A DNA stretch of 64,000 nucleotides from Frankiales bacterium (GTDB taxonomy: Bacteria; Actinomycetota; Actinomycetes; Mycobacteriales; SCTD01): positions 152,751-216,750 of the forward strand of contig JAOPVP010000046.1 in assembly GCA_025966135.1 (NCBI GenBank), given 5' to 3'. The notes beneath the pieces are model-generated. The model saw only the letters and a program-made list of their open reading frames with translations, searched no databases and had not been told where the DNA came from. Positions 1-10,404 of this stretch are shown one piece after another. The position numbers were made by a program, and so were the translations under genes. Numbering within the stretch: the first letter of the stretch is position 1; the number at the start of each line of letters is the position of its first letter.

Positions 1-158
1 AGATCGTCTCGGGCCAGGTGTTCGTGAACAGCTACGGCGCCTCGGGCGGCGTGGAACTGCCGTTCGGAGGCTTCAAGAACTCCGGCTACGGCCGCGAGAA
101 GGGGGCCGAAGGCCTTCGCGGCTTCGCGCAGGTGAAGACCGGGGTCATCGGCCTGTGA
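1..158 (+). CDS. Aldehyde dehydrogenase, C-terminal fragment (gene starts before the window)
   Basis: Frame from nt 3 reads IVSGQVFVNSYGASGGVELPFGGFKNSGYGREKG...VKT, the ALDH C-terminal PFGGxKxSGxGRE motif; TGA overlaps the next GTG (GTGA). Confidence 0.92.
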   Translation, partial: IVSGQVFVNSYGASGGVELPFGGFKNSGYGREKGAEGLRGFAQVKTGVIGL

Positions 159-1312
159 GCAGCGACCCCTCGCTCACGGTCAGCCTCCCGGTACCGGTCT
201 CGCCGTACACGGAGCTTCCGCTCTCCCTCGCCGACCCGCGCATCGACACCCCCGCGGTACTGGTGGACCTCGAGGTCGCCGAGCAGAACATCGCCCGGAT
301 GGCTTCCTACGCCGGCCGCGCCGGTGTCGCCTTGCGACCTCACGCCAAGACCCACAAGAGCTCCGCGATGGCGACCCGCCAGCTGGCGGCGGGTGCGGCC
401 GGCCTCACCGTCGCGACCGCCGGCGAGGCGCAGGTCATGGTCAAAGGTGGCGTCCCCGACGTGACCGTCGCCTACCCGCTGGTCGGCCGGGCCAAGCTGG
501 ACCGCGTGCTCGAGGCGCTCGGGGCGGCCGAGGTCACCCTGACGACCGACTCCGATGCCGTCACTGACGCCTATGCCGACCTCGCACGCAGGGCGGGCCG
601 CACCCTCAACGTCCTGGTCGAGGTCGACACCGGCATGCACCGCGCGGGGGCACCGCCACAGCTGGTCGTGGACCGAGCGCGGCACATCGCCGGGACACCG
701 GGGCTGGACTTCGCAGGCATCCTCACTCACGCCGGTCACGCGCACGATGTGCCTGGCCCGCGTGGCATCGCGGTCGTCGCCCGGCAGGAGGCCACGGTGA
801 TGGGGGATCTGCGGAGTGCGCTGGAGAAGGCCGGCCTCCCGCCGCGGGTCGTCTCCGCGGGCTCGACCCTCACCGCGCCGTACCTCTGCGCCGACGACGG
901 CATCACGGAGCTGCGGCCCGGGACCTACGTCTACAACGACCTGCGGACCCTCGCCTGCTGGTCATGCACCCCTGATGCGCTGGCGGCGACCGTGTTGACC
1001 ACCGTCGTCAGCACCGACGGTGGTCGCGTCACGATCGATGCGGGCAGCAAGACCCTCACGACCACCCAGGACCCTCACTACGGCTTCGGGCATCCAGCGG
1101 GCGCTGCGGAGGTGAGCGTCGCGCGCCTCTCGGAGGAGCACGGCGTGCTCGCTGTGCCCGACGACCACCGCCCCTACGCGGTCGGCGACAGGCTGCAGAT
1201 CCTCCCGGTCCATGTCTGCGTCTGGATGGACCTCCAGCCCGAGGTGTACGGCGTCCGCAACGGCCAGATCGTCGAACGCATCACCGTCGACGCCATGCGG
1301 CACAGCCTGTGA
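155..1312 (+). CDS. PLP-dependent fold-type III enzyme (D-threonine aldolase / D-serine dehydratase DSD1-like, alanine racemase superfamily)
   Basis: TPAVLVD, RPHAKTHK (PLP lysine), EVDTGMHRAG, ELRPGTYVYND, LSEEHG and HVC metal motifs. Confidence 0.88.
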   Translation: MSSDPSLTVSLPVPVSPYTELPLSLADPRIDTPAVLVDLEVAEQNIARMASYAGRAGVALRPHAKTHKSSAMATRQLAAGAAGLTVATAGEAQVMVKGGVPDVTVAYPLVGRAKLDRVLEALGAAEVTLTTDSDAVTDAYADLARRAGRTLNVLVEVDTGMHRAGAPPQLVVDRARHIAGTPGLDFAGILTHAGHAHDVPGPRGIAVVARQEATVMGDLRSALEKAGLPPRVVSAGSTLTAPYLCADDGITELRPGTYVYNDLRTLACWSCTPDALAATVLTTVVSTDGGRVTIDAGSKTLTTTQDPHYGFGHPAGAAEVSVARLSEEHGVLAVPDDHRPYAVGDRLQILPVHVCVWMDLQPEVYGVRNGQIVERITVDAMRHSL

Positions 1313-2262
1313 CCGCCGCACCCGGCCATGTGCTCCTGCTCGGGGCGAAGGACGTTCGCGAGCTCCTGCCGTGGCCCGAGCTGATCGCCGCGACAAGCGA
1401 CGCCCTCAGGACGATCGCGACGTCTGACGGCGGACTCCCTGCCTCGAGCTCACAGGTCCTCGTGCCGGGGGCCGCCCTGCACCTCAAGGCCGGCGCGCTG
1501 CTGGACCCGCCCGTGCTGTCCGTCAAGGCCAACCTGCGCCCGGACCGAGGTAGCTCCAGCGGAGCCATCCTCGTCTTCGATCACCGCGCGCAGCGGCTCG
1601 AGGCGGTGCTCGCCAGCGCCGACCTGACCGCCATGCGAACCGGCGCCATCGCAGCGGTCGCGGCCCGGTCGCTGCTGCGCGCGCCCAACCCGACGGTGGC
1701 CCTCGTCGGGAGCGGACCGATCGCCCGCTACACCTACCTCGCGCTGCGCGAGGTCCTCGACCAGTTCGCCGTACGAGTCTGGAGCCGGCACCCGGACCGC
1801 GCGCGGCACTTCGTCGAGCAGGAGGTGCCCAGCGACGGTCAAGCCCTCGCCACCGTGGCCGAGGCAGTACGCGGGGCCGACCTGGTCGTCACGTGCACGC
1901 CGTCCCGGGAACCGCTCCTGGAGAGCGCGGACCTGCACGACGGAGCTGTCGTCCTCGCCATGGGAGCCGACAGCCCAGGCAAGCGGGAACTCGGCCCGGG
2001 CGTCCTCGACCGGGCCCAGCTGTACGTCGACGTGCTCACCGACGCGCTGGTCTTCGGTGAGCACCAGCACCTGGCACAGCATCGCGACGATGTGCTCGAG
2101 CTGGGTGCCGTCCTCGGCGACGGCGTGCCCTCGTCGGAGTACGCCCTCACGGTCTTCGACTCGGTGGGGTCGGCCTCCGTCGACGCTGCCGCGACCGCGC
2201 TGGTCGTCGAGCGCGCCAGGTCCCTCGGCTGGGGCGCCACGATCAACCTGGGTAGCGACTGA
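1309..2262 (+). CDS. Ornithine cyclodeaminase / mu-crystallin family protein
   Basis: LTAMRTGA, GSGPIA Rossmann motif, VTCTPS, GADSPGKREL, VFDSVG; GTGA-coupled to the upstream gene. Confidence 0.88.
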   Translation: MTAAPGHVLLLGAKDVRELLPWPELIAATSDALRTIATSDGGLPASSSQVLVPGAALHLKAGALLDPPVLSVKANLRPDRGSSSGAILVFDHRAQRLEAVLASADLTAMRTGAIAAVAARSLLRAPNPTVALVGSGPIARYTYLALREVLDQFAVRVWSRHPDRARHFVEQEVPSDGQALATVAEAVRGADLVVTCTPSREPLLESADLHDGAVVLAMGADSPGKRELGPGVLDRAQLYVDVLTDALVFGEHQHLAQHRDDVLELGAVLGDGVPSSEYALTVFDSVGSASVDAAATALVVERARSLGWGATINLGSD

Positions 2263-2281
2263 CGTCGCCAGGAGGCGCTGG

Positions 2282-3313
2282 CTACAGCGGCACGACCTGC
2301 CTGGTCCGCGACGAGCGACGGGCCGCGTCGAGGACCTGCAGCCCTCGCACCGCGTCGCGCGGGTCCACAGGTACGGGGCTGCCATCGGTGACCGTGGCGG
2401 CCACGCCCCGGTAGAACGCGGCCCAGTCTCCGGCCAGGCTCGGGACGGGACGCGACCCCTCTGCGGTCCACAGGTGGCCGTCCGGCTCGGGCGGAAGGGG
2501 TACGCCGTCGCGCTGCGCGTCCTCCTGCCCGTCCAGATCGTCCTTGACCCATCCGGCCCGGCTGCCCTGCAGGGCCAGACGCGGGCCGGGGTAAGGCGCG
2601 GCCATCGAGCCCCACAGGTGCGAGCGGGCGCCGCTCGTGTGGGTGAGGGCGAGGAAGCAGTCGTCGTCAGCGCCGGCGCCGGTCCGTCGCGTGTCGACCT
2701 CTGCGTAGACCTCGACCGCGGGTCCCAGCAGGAGTAGCGCCTGGTCCACCAGGTGCGCGCCGAGGTCGAGCAGCACCCCACCGCCCGCAGTCGCGTCCTC
2801 GCGCCAGCGATGCACCACCTCGGGCCGGAAGCGGGTGAACCGTGACTCGAGGCGGATGACCTCGCCCAGCGTGCCCTCGTTGAACAGCGCGGCGGCGGTC
2901 AGCGTGTCGCTGTCCCACCGGCGGTTCTGAAACACCGTCAGCGGCACAGCTAGCCGCTGCGCCAGGTCCACCAGCGTGGCGGCCTCCGCGGCAGTGATGG
3001 CCAGCGGCTTGTCGACGACGGTGAGCTTGCCGAGCTCGAGTGCGGCGGTGGTCAGCGGGACATGGGTCTCGTTTGCCGTGGCGACGACCACGACGTCGAA
3101 CTCGTCCGGTTGCGTCCACAGCTGCTCTGCGCTCGGGACGACCGCGACACCGGGCAGGTCCGCGCGGGCCTGCGCCACGCGGTCGGGGTCAGCGGTCACG
3201 ACGTGCGTGAGGGCCAGCTCGGGCACCGCCTGGATGAGGGGGCGGTGGATCACCCGACCCCCGAGGCCGTACCCGAGCAGCGCCACGCGGATCGCGGAGC
3301 GATGCTCAGCCAT
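2282..3313 (-). CDS. Gfo/Idh/MocA family oxidoreductase (YdgJ/IolW-like)
   Basis: GYGLGG Rossmann motif, VVDKPLA, FQNRRWDSD, GGVLLDLGAHLVDQA. Confidence 0.9.
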   Translation of the reverse strand: MAEHRSAIRVALLGYGLGGRVIHRPLIQAVPELALTHVVTADPDRVAQARADLPGVAVVPSAEQLWTQPDEFDVVVVATANETHVPLTTAALELGKLTVVDKPLAITAAEAATLVDLAQRLAVPLTVFQNRRWDSDTLTAAALFNEGTLGEVIRLESRFTRFRPEVVHRWREDATAGGGVLLDLGAHLVDQALLLLGPAVEVYAEVDTRRTGAGADDDCFLALTHTSGARSHLWGSMAAPYPGPRLALQGSRAGWVKDDLDGQEDAQRDGVPLPPEPDGHLWTAEGSRPVPSLAGDWAAFYRGVAATVTDGSPVPVDPRDAVRGLQVLDAARRSSRTRQVVPL

Positions 3314-4274
3314 GGCCGTCGAGCAGTCCGCGCGCCTGCTCGAGGACGCGCATCGTGGCGATGGTCTCGCTCAGCGGTAGGACGTCGCTCTGGCTGCGGC
3401 CGTCCGCGAGGCAACGGGCCACCTCCTCGAGCTCGCCGACGAACCCCGCGTTCCGGTCCTCCAACAGGTGCTCCTCCGGCTCTGCCCCGGCGACCTCGAG
3501 GCGCAGCCGGGTCGGCGCGTGGAAGGTCGGGCTCAGCTCGGCGTACCCCTTGGTCCCGATCACCACCGCGGTGCCCGGCAAGGTGGCCACCAGCGAGGTG
3601 TCGAGCAGCGCGCGGGCGCCGTTGGCCCAGGTCAGCTGCAGGCTCTCCTCGGCGTCCACACCGGTCGGAGCGAGCGACCCTGTCACCTCGACCTTGTCGG
3701 GGTCACCCAGCAGCAGCCGGGCGAGGTCGACCGTGTAGACGCCGAGGTCGAGCAGCGCACCGCCGCCCAGGTCTGGGTTCCAGAGCCGCCCCGCGGGGTC
3801 GGCGGCGGCGGTGAAGCCGAACGACGCGTGCACCGAGCGGACCTGTCCGAGGTGGCCGTCGCGCACCCGCAACTGCATCAGCTGGACGAGCGGGTTGAAC
3901 CGCATCCACATGCCCTCCATGAGGAACACGCCGCTCGCGACGGCCAGCCCGGCCAGGCGCTCGGTCTCCGCGAGGCTGTGCGTGAGCGGCTTCTCGCAGA
4001 GCACCGCACGACCGGCCGCGAGGGCGAGCTCCACCACCTCGGCGTGCTGCGCGTGCGGGGTGGCGACGTAGACCGCCTGCACCTCGGGGTCTCCGGCGAG
4101 CGCGGCGTACGACCCGTGCCAGCGTGGCGCCCCGAGCTCCGTGGCCAGGAGCTGTGCCCGCTGCGGATCACGCGACCCCACGGCGGCGACCCGCATGTCC
4201 GGGTGGGCGGCGATGACGGTCCCGACGGCGCGGGCGATCCGGCCGGTCGCGGCGATGCCCCAGGAGAGCGTCAT
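3306..4274 (-). CDS. Gfo/Idh/MocA family oxidoreductase (dihydrodiol / D-xylose 1-dehydrogenase-like)
   Basis: [45 protein letters not shown]; start placed at the ATG overlapping the xylB stop (ATGA). Confidence 0.88.
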   Translation of the reverse strand: MTLSWGIAATGRIARAVGTVIAAHPDMRVAAVGSRDPQRAQLLATELGAPRWHGSYAALAGDPEVQAVYVATPHAQHAEVVELALAAGRAVLCEKPLTHSLAETERLAGLAVASGVFLMEGMWMRFNPLVQLMQLRVRDGHLGQVRSVHASFGFTAAADPAGRLWNPDLGGGALLDLGVYTVDLARLLLGDPDKVEVTGSLAPTGVDAEESLQLTWANGARALLDTSLVATLPGTAVVIGTKGYAELSPTFHAPTRLRLEVAGAEPEEHLLEDRNAGFVGELEEVARCLADGRSQSDVLPLSETIATMRVLEQARGLLDGHG

Positions 4275-5662
4275 GCCGCACATGTTGCAGCATCACGGGC
4301 CGCGCCGTAGGCCTCGCGCACGCGTCGCGCCGAGCTGGTGTCTTCCGGCTCCTGCTGCGGCGAGGAGGCCAGGTCCCACTCAGGGGGTCCCGACGGCTCG
4401 AGCGCCCACGCCGCCTGCCGCGCGGCGCCGCGGGCGACGTACTCCGCCGGTTCGGGGACGACGACCGGGAGCCCGAGCAGCGACGGCGCGAGCGCCCGGA
4501 CGGCACGCGAGCGCGAACCTCCTCCGACGAGCAGCAGCCGCCGAGGCACGACGCCCTGGAGACGGAGCGCATCGACCGCGTCAGCCAGTCCGCAGAGCAT
4601 CCCCTCCACGGCGGCCCGCGCGAGGTTCTCCGGCGTCATGGAGCTGCGGGTCAGGCCGGACAGCGTCCCCGTGGCGTCAGGGAGGTCCGGGGTCCGCTCG
4701 CCGTCGAGGTACGGCAGCAGCACCAGCCCGCCGGACCCGGGTGCGGCCCGCAAGGCCAGGTCGTCGAGACCGGCGACGTCAGTGCCGAGCAGCTGCGCAG
4801 TTGCCACGAGAACCCTTGCAGCGTTGAGGGTCGCGACGAGCGGGAGATAGCGGCCAGTGGCATCCGCGAAGCCGGCGACCGTCCCCGAAGGATCGCCCAC
4901 GGGCACCTCGTGTACGGCGAAGGCCGTCCCGCTGGTGCCGATCGACACGATGAGGTCGCCCGGCCCTGCGCCCAGGCCGAGGGCAGCGCCCATGTTGTCT
5001 CCGGTGCCGGCTGCGACCACGATTCCGGTCGCCGTCTCGCCGGCGGTGACGCTCGGTCCCAGGACCCGCGGGGTCTGCAGGCTGCGACCGAAGGCCTGCT
5101 CGAGCAGGTCGTGGCGGTAGTCCCCGAGAGCGGCCGACCAGTAGCCGGTGCCGGAGGCATCTCCCCGGTCGCTGACCAGCTCCCCGTCAGGCAGCAGACG
5201 GGAGGTCAGCCAGTCGTGGGGGAGCACGACGCTCTGTGCCCGCGCCGCGGCGGCGGGCTCGTGCTCGGCGGTCCATCTCAGCTTGGTGACCGTGAAGCTG
5301 GCGACCGGCACCACCCCGACGGCGTCGGCCCAGGCACCTGGGCCACCGAGCTCTGCGACCAGGTCGCGGGCGGCACCGGCGGACCGCACGTCGTTCCACA
5401 GCAGCGCCGGCCGCACGACCTGCTGCTCCGCGTCCAGCAACACCATGCCGTGCTGCTGGCCGGCCACCGACAACGCGGCGACGCCCTCGAGAAGCCCGTT
5501 GGCGCAGGCGGTCTGCAGCGCCTCCCACCAGGCCAACGGGTGCACCTCGGTGCCGTCCGGGTGGGGGGCCTGGCCCTGCCGTACCACCCTGCCGGAAGCG
5601 GCGTCGCACACCACCACCTTGGTCGACTGCGTCGAGGAGTCCACCCCGGCCACGAGGGTCAC
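4271..5662 (-). CDS. xylB: Xylulokinase
   Basis: [49 protein letters not shown] (FGGY kinase), in a xylose cluster. Confidence 0.95.
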   Translation of the reverse strand: MTLVAGVDSSTQSTKVVVCDAASGRVVRQGQAPHPDGTEVHPLAWWEALQTACANGLLEGVAALSVAGQQHGMVLLDAEQQVVRPALLWNDVRSAGAARDLVAELGGPGAWADAVGVVPVASFTVTKLRWTAEHEPAAAARAQSVVLPHDWLTSRLLPDGELVSDRGDASGTGYWSAALGDYRHDLLEQAFGRSLQTPRVLGPSVTAGETATGIVVAAGTGDNMGAALGLGAGPGDLIVSIGTSGTAFAVHEVPVGDPSGTVAGFADATGRYLPLVATLNAARVLVATAQLLGTDVAGLDDLALRAAPGSGGLVLLPYLDGERTPDLPDATGTLSGLTRSSMTPENLARAAVEGMLCGLADAVDALRLQGVVPRRLLLVGGGSRSRAVRALAPSLLGLPVVVPEPAEYVARGAARQAAWALEPSGPPEWDLASSPQQEPEDTSSARRVREAYGAARDAATCAA

Positions 5663-6870
5663 GCCGGCGCCCGCAGGAGCTCGGGCAGCCGGCCCAGGGT
5701 CCCGAGCGGGTCGTCGAGCAGGCGCGCGAAGGCGAGCTCGGCGGCACCGATCGCGATGGAGTCGTCACCGAGCCCGGCCAGTCCGAGGCGCACTTGCTCG
5801 CCTGGCGCGGACAGTGCTTCCTTCAGGGCCTGCTGGACCAGGGGCTCGACGGCCAGGTAGATGAGCCGTACTGCACCGCCGAACAAGATCAGCTGCGGGT
5901 TGAAGATGTTGACGAGGTTGACGACGCCGACGCTGAGCGACCGGGCGACGCGACGCATGCCGGCCCGGGGCCAGCGCTCGCCGGCGGCGTAGGCGTCGAG
6001 CACCTGAGCCAAGGACATCCCCGTGGGTGCCCCCGTCGCCAGCAGCACCGCCTCGTCGCCGACCTCTGTCTCCCAGCACCCGCGGCGTCCGCAGCGACAG
6101 CCCTGTCCTTTCGGGTCGATGCTCATGTGGCCGATCTCGCCGCCATAGCCGCCGTAGCCACGCATCGGGCGGCCGTCGAGGATGATGCCGCCACCGACCC
6201 CCACCTCGCCGGAGATGTAGACGACGTCGGACAACCCGCTCGCGGCTCCGCGCAGGTGCTCGGCCCTGGCGCCGAGGTCGCCGTCGTTGCCCAGCTCGAT
6301 GCGCAGACTCGTCCGCAGGGCTTCGGCGAGCAGCGCCCGAAGGGGTACGTCGACCCAGGCGAGGTTCGGAGCGAAGCGCACGAGGCCGTCGTCGGTGCTG
6401 ACGACGCCGCAGACGCCGACCCCGACTCCCACGCAGCGCGCCTTCGGGGGGGCGTCGGCGAGCAACGCGCAGGTCAGCTTGTTCAGACGCCGCAGTGTTC
6501 GTCGTACGTCGTAGTCCTTGGGGGACTGGGTGAGCTCTCGGCGGTCGAGTACCACCCCGCCGAGTCCCACCCGCACGGCGGTGAGGTGCTCGACCCCGAT
6601 GTCGAGCGCCAGGACGTAGACCAGCTCGGACTCGGGCTCGACCGTGATGGACGGTCGTCCAGCACTGCCACGGCCGACGGGGGCGGACTCGCGCACCAGT
6701 CCCGCTTGCGCGAGGTCGGCAGTCAGAGCCTTGACGGTGCTGCGGTTCAGGCCGGTGAGCGCGGCCAGGTCCGAACGTGAGGTGGCTCCGCGCACGTGCA
6801 CCAGACGCAGCAGGCTCGCCAGGTTGTGGCGGCGCACCTCGTCCTGAGTCGCAGGCGCTGGTCGGTCCAC
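5659..6870 (-). CDS. ROK family transcriptional regulator (XylR-like)
   Basis: N-terminal HTH ([16 protein letters not shown]), [19 protein letters not shown] zinc motif. Confidence 0.93.
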   Translation of the reverse strand: MDRPAPATQDEVRRHNLASLLRLVHVRGATSRSDLAALTGLNRSTVKALTADLAQAGLVRESAPVGRGSAGRPSITVEPESELVYVLALDIGVEHLTAVRVGLGGVVLDRRELTQSPKDYDVRRTLRRLNKLTCALLADAPPKARCVGVGVGVCGVVSTDDGLVRFAPNLAWVDVPLRALLAEALRTSLRIELGNDGDLGARAEHLRGAASGLSDVVYISGEVGVGGGIILDGRPMRGYGGYGGEIGHMSIDPKGQGCRCGRRGCWETEVGDEAVLLATGAPTGMSLAQVLDAYAAGERWPRAGMRRVARSLSVGVVNLVNIFNPQLILFGGAVRLIYLAVEPLVQQALKEALSAPGEQVRLGLAGLGDDSIAIGAAELAFARLLDDPLGTLGRLPELLRAPA

Positions 6871-6891
6871 GGGTGGAGTCGTCCGCCTTGC

Positions 6892-8148
6892 CTAGACCCG
6901 ACCGGTGGCGGCGGCGCGGCGGCGGGAGATCGCATCGACGCTGGCGGCCACGAGCAGCACGATGCCGGTCACCATGTAGACGACGGCGGACGGCTGGTTC
7001 AGCAGGCCCATGCCGTTGATGATGACGGCGATGACCAGGCCACCGAGCACGGCGTCCATGACCTTGCCCTTGCCGCCGAACAGGCTGGTGCCTCCGATGA
7101 CGGCCGCGCCGACGGCGTAGAGCAGGGTGTCGGATCCGCCGGTGGTCGGTGAGACCGAGTTGTCGTAGCTCGCGAGCAGGAAGCCGCCCACGGCTGCGAG
7201 CGTCGAGCACATCACAAAGCAGATCAGCCGGACACGCGGCACATTGATACCGGCTCGGCGAGCCGCTTCGGCGTTGCCACCCACCGCGTAGACGTGCCGA
7301 CCGAAGGACGTGCGGCCCAGCAGGAAGTTGAGCCCGACGAGCAGGACGAGCAGCAGCAGTACGACCTCGGGTACACCCTTGATCGAGGAGACCGCGGCGT
7401 TGCGGCTGCGCTCGCGGCTCAGGAAGAACGTCGCGGCACCAAGCAGGACAGCGAGCACGGCCACCTTGGCGAGGATGATCTCGGTTGCGTCAGCATGCAG
7501 GCCGCCTTTGCGCCTGCTCGTGGCCCGGCTGAACGTCACGGCCGCGTAGCCGGCGACCACGACCACGAACAGCACCCACCCACCCCAGACGGGGAGGTTG
7601 TTGTTGTTGAGGGCAAGCAGGGTCTTGTCGCGGAGGGAGATCGTGCCGCCCTCGCCGATGAGCTGGAGCAGCACGCCCTGCAGGCCGAGGAACGCTGCCA
7701 GCGTCACGACGAACGACGGGATACCCAGCCGGGAGACGAGCAGGCCGATGCAGGCGCCGATGACTGCGCCGGTGGCCAGCCCGGCGAGGACAGCGAGGTA
7801 CCAGGGCTGCCCCTGACGGGTCAGGACGATCCCCATCACCGCGGCCCCGGTGCCGGCGGCGTAGCCGGCCGACAGGTCGATCTCCCCGAGCAGCAGGACG
7901 AAGACCAGGCCCATGGCGATGACGATGAGGGCCGCGCTCTGGTGGATGAGGTTCGCGAAGTTGAAGGCGTTGGTGAAGGTCGTGGGTCGCAGGGCCGCGA
8001 AGACGATGGTGAGCGCGACCAAGCCGAGTACCGCCGGAAGCGCACCCACGTCCCCGCCGCGAACTCGCGAGAGGTAGTCGTTGACGGCGTCGCGGATGGT
8101 GGGTTGGGTGCCGGTCTCGATCTCTTCCGGCGCCAGCGTGGTGGTCAT
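6892..8148 (-). CDS. xylH: D-xylose ABC transporter permease
   Basis: GEIDLSAG, IPSFVVTLA, GRHVYAVGGNAEAARRAGI, AAVIGGTSLFGGKG. Confidence 0.9.
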   Translation of the reverse strand: MTTTLAPEEIETGTQPTIRDAVNDYLSRVRGGDVGALPAVLGLVALTIVFAALRPTTFTNAFNFANLIHQSAALIVIAMGLVFVLLLGEIDLSAGYAAGTGAAVMGIVLTRQGQPWYLAVLAGLATGAVIGACIGLLVSRLGIPSFVVTLAAFLGLQGVLLQLIGEGGTISLRDKTLLALNNNNLPVWGGWVLFVVVVAGYAAVTFSRATSRRKGGLHADATEIILAKVAVLAVLLGAATFFLSRERSRNAAVSSIKGVPEVVLLLLVLLVGLNFLLGRTSFGRHVYAVGGNAEAARRAGINVPRVRLICFVMCSTLAAVGGFLLASYDNSVSPTTGGSDTLLYAVGAAVIGGTSLFGGKGKVMDAVLGGLVIAVIINGMGLLNQPSAVVYMVTGIVLLVAASVDAISRRRAAATGRV

Positions 8149-9017
8149 GAGGCCTCGACATTCGCGCCCAGGGGGCCGGTGGGGTCAGGACGCTGCCCGG
8201 GGCTGGTGGCGAGCGCGTCAGCGGGTCCGAGGCCGAGATCGCCGGATCGACCGCCGGTGATGAGCTCCACGACCTGGTTCCGGTTGACCTCACCGGCGCG
8301 GACTTGGGCCGCCATCCGGCCGAGGTAGAGCACCGAGATGCTGTCGGCGACCTCGAAGACGTCGTTGAGGTTGTGGCTGATGAGCACCACGGCCAGGCCG
8401 TTGTCTGCGAGCCGCCGCACCAGCTTGAGGACCTGCTCGGTCTGAGCGACGCCGAGGGCGGCGGTGGGCTCGTCCAGGATCACGACCTTGGAGTTCCACA
8501 GGACGGACCGGGCGATCGCGACGGTCTGGCGCTGGCCGCCGGACAGGCTCGCGACTTGCTGCCGGATCGACTTCACGGTGCGGACCGAGAGGCCCGCGAG
8601 CGTCTCCTTGGCGCGGCGTTCCATGGTGGCCTCGTCGAGGCGGCCGTGCTTGGTGATCTCCCGGCCGAGGAACAGGTTGTGCACGATGTCGAGGTTGTCG
8701 CAGAGCGCCAGGTCCTGGTAGACGACCTCGATGCCGAGCGCGTTCGCCTGCTTCGGGCTGGTCACCGTGACGTCGTGGCCGTCGAAGGAGTAGCTCCCCG
8801 AGTCGAAGCCGTAGATGCCCGCGATCCCCTTGATCAGCGTGCTCTTGCCGGCGCCGTTGTCCCCGACGAGCGCGGTCACCTGTCCGGGGAAGGCGTCGAA
8901 GTCCACTTCTTGAAGGACGTGCACGGCGCCGAAGCTCTTGTTGACCCCGCGCAGGGACAGCAGCGGCGGCATCCCTCCGCCGGCTGCTGTGTCGGTGACC
9001 GTGCTCGGGCTCGTCAT
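8145..9017 (-). CDS. xylG: Sugar ABC transporter ATP-binding protein (single NBD)
   Basis: Walker A GDNGAGKST, signature LSGGQRQ, Walker B VVILDEPT. Confidence 0.9.
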   Translation of the reverse strand: MTSPSTVTDTAAGGGMPPLLSLRGVNKSFGAVHVLQEVDFDAFPGQVTALVGDNGAGKSTLIKGIAGIYGFDSGSYSFDGHDVTVTSPKQANALGIEVVYQDLALCDNLDIVHNLFLGREITKHGRLDEATMERRAKETLAGLSVRTVKSIRQQVASLSGGQRQTVAIARSVLWNSKVVILDEPTAALGVAQTEQVLKLVRRLADNGLAVVLISHNLNDVFEVADSISVLYLGRMAAQVRAGEVNRNQVVELITGGRSGDLGLGPADALATSPGQRPDPTGPLGANVEAS

Positions 9018-9070
9018 GGGACCTCCGCCGTGTGGCTGATAGCCGTTGAACTCATCTGTCTGGAGTGTGC

Positions 9071-9109
9071 CGCTGGCGGCCCGACCTGTCGTGCGTCGGG
9101 CCGCCAGCG
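9071..9109. terminator. Perfect 15-bp GC stem-loop just downstream of xylF (partial terminator or mRNA-stabilising hairpin)
   Basis: CGCTGGCGGCCCGAC - 9 nt loop - GTCGGGCCGCCAGCG. Confidence 0.7.
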
Positions 9110-9116
9110 CGACGTG

Positions 9117-10220
9117 CTACGAGATACCCGCAGCCTTGCATGCCGTCGCGAACGCGGCGGTGCAGACGTCGGCCTTCTTCTGGAACCCGTCAGCGATGAC
9201 GGTCTTGACGGTGTCCTTGTAGATCGCGACCGGCACCTCGAGGGCCGAGGGCACCTCCTTCTTCAGGACGGTGTCCGTCACGGTGCCCTTGGCGATGGCG
9301 GCGGCGTCGGTGCCCTTGATCAGGGCGATCGCCAGGGCCGCGGCGGCGTCGGCTTCCTTCTTGATGGCCTTGTAGACGGTCATGCACTGGTCACCCGCGA
9401 GGATGGCCTGCAGACCGGGCACGCTGGCGTCCTGGCCCGTGACCGGCACCTTGCCGTTGAGCTTGTTGGCCTTGAGGCGGGCGATGATGCCGCCGGCCAT
9501 CGTGTCGTTGGCCGAGACGACGCCGTCGATCTTGCCGCCCTGCTGCGTGTAGATCTGCTCGAACGCGGTGCCGGCGACGTTGGCGTCCCACTTGCCGGTC
9601 TGGTCACCGACGATCTTGTAGGCGCCGGAGGAGACCTTCGGCTTCAGGCCGTCGACGTAGCCCTTCTTGAAGAGGGCGGCGTTGTTGTCGGTCGGGTCGC
9701 CGTTGATCAGCACGACGTTGGCCTTGGCCTTGCCGTCGTCGGTCAGGCACTTCTCGAGGCCGGTGGCCATGAGGCCACCGACGGCCACGTTGTCGAAGGA
9801 GACGTAGTACGACGCTCCGCCGCCGAGGGTGAGCCGGTCGTAGTCGATCGTCTTGATCCCGGCCGTCTGTGCCTTCTTGAGACAGGCGCTGCCGGAGTCG
9901 GAGTCGAGGTTGACGATGAGCAGGACGTTGACGCCGGAGTTGATCATGCCGTCGCAGATGCTGCCGAACTTCGACTTGTCCCCGTTGGCGTTCTGGATGT
10001 CCGCGCTGATACCGGCGGCCTTGAAGGACGCCGCGAGCAGCGGACGGTCGTTGGCCTCCCAGCGGGGCGAGGTCGTGGCGTCGGGAAGGATCACACCGAC
10101 CTTGCCGCTCTTGGAGGAGCTGCCCGAAGAGGGCTTGTTGCTCGAGCTGCTACCGCAACCGGTGAGCGCCAGCGTGATCACGGAAGCTCCGGCGATTGCC
10201 CAGAGGGTGGTCTTGCGCAT
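9117..10220 (-). CDS. xylF: D-xylose ABC transporter substrate-binding lipoprotein
   Basis: ATG after an AAAGGA RBS; lipobox LTGC; RWEANDRP, IDYDRL, YVSFDN, VTGQDA, TVYK motifs of the XylF/ChvE family. Confidence 0.9.
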   Translation of the reverse strand: MRKTTLWAIAGASVITLALTGCGSSSSNKPSSGSSSKSGKVGVILPDATTSPRWEANDRPLLAASFKAAGISADIQNANGDKSKFGSICDGMINSGVNVLLIVNLDSDSGSACLKKAQTAGIKTIDYDRLTLGGGASYYVSFDNVAVGGLMATGLEKCLTDDGKAKANVVLINGDPTDNNAALFKKGYVDGLKPKVSSGAYKIVGDQTGKWDANVAGTAFEQIYTQQGGKIDGVVSANDTMAGGIIARLKANKLNGKVPVTGQDASVPGLQAILAGDQCMTVYKAIKKEADAAAALAIALIKGTDAAAIAKGTVTDTVLKKEVPSALEVPVAIYKDTVKTVIADGFQKKADVCTAAFATACKAAGIS

Positions 10221-10319
10221 GTGCAGTCCTTTCGTGGCTGGTGGCCGCGGATCCGACGGACCTCCTGGTCGGCGCCTACGTCCGCTGTAGAACGGACGGA
10301 GGGACCGGCCGCCTCGTTC

Positions 10320-10342
10320 ATTTGTTGTGTCGCACAACATAT
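10320..10342. promoter_or_regulatory. Candidate ROK/XylR operator upstream of xylF
   Basis: AT-rich near-palindrome ATTTGTTGTG-TCG-CACAACATAT; matches the second copy at 11662-11684. Confidence 0.75.
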
Positions 10343-10404
10343 GCAGCCCGTGTGCTGCGTCACAAGGGTTTCCAGGCCGTTGCTCAGGCGTAACGGGATA
10401 ACGA

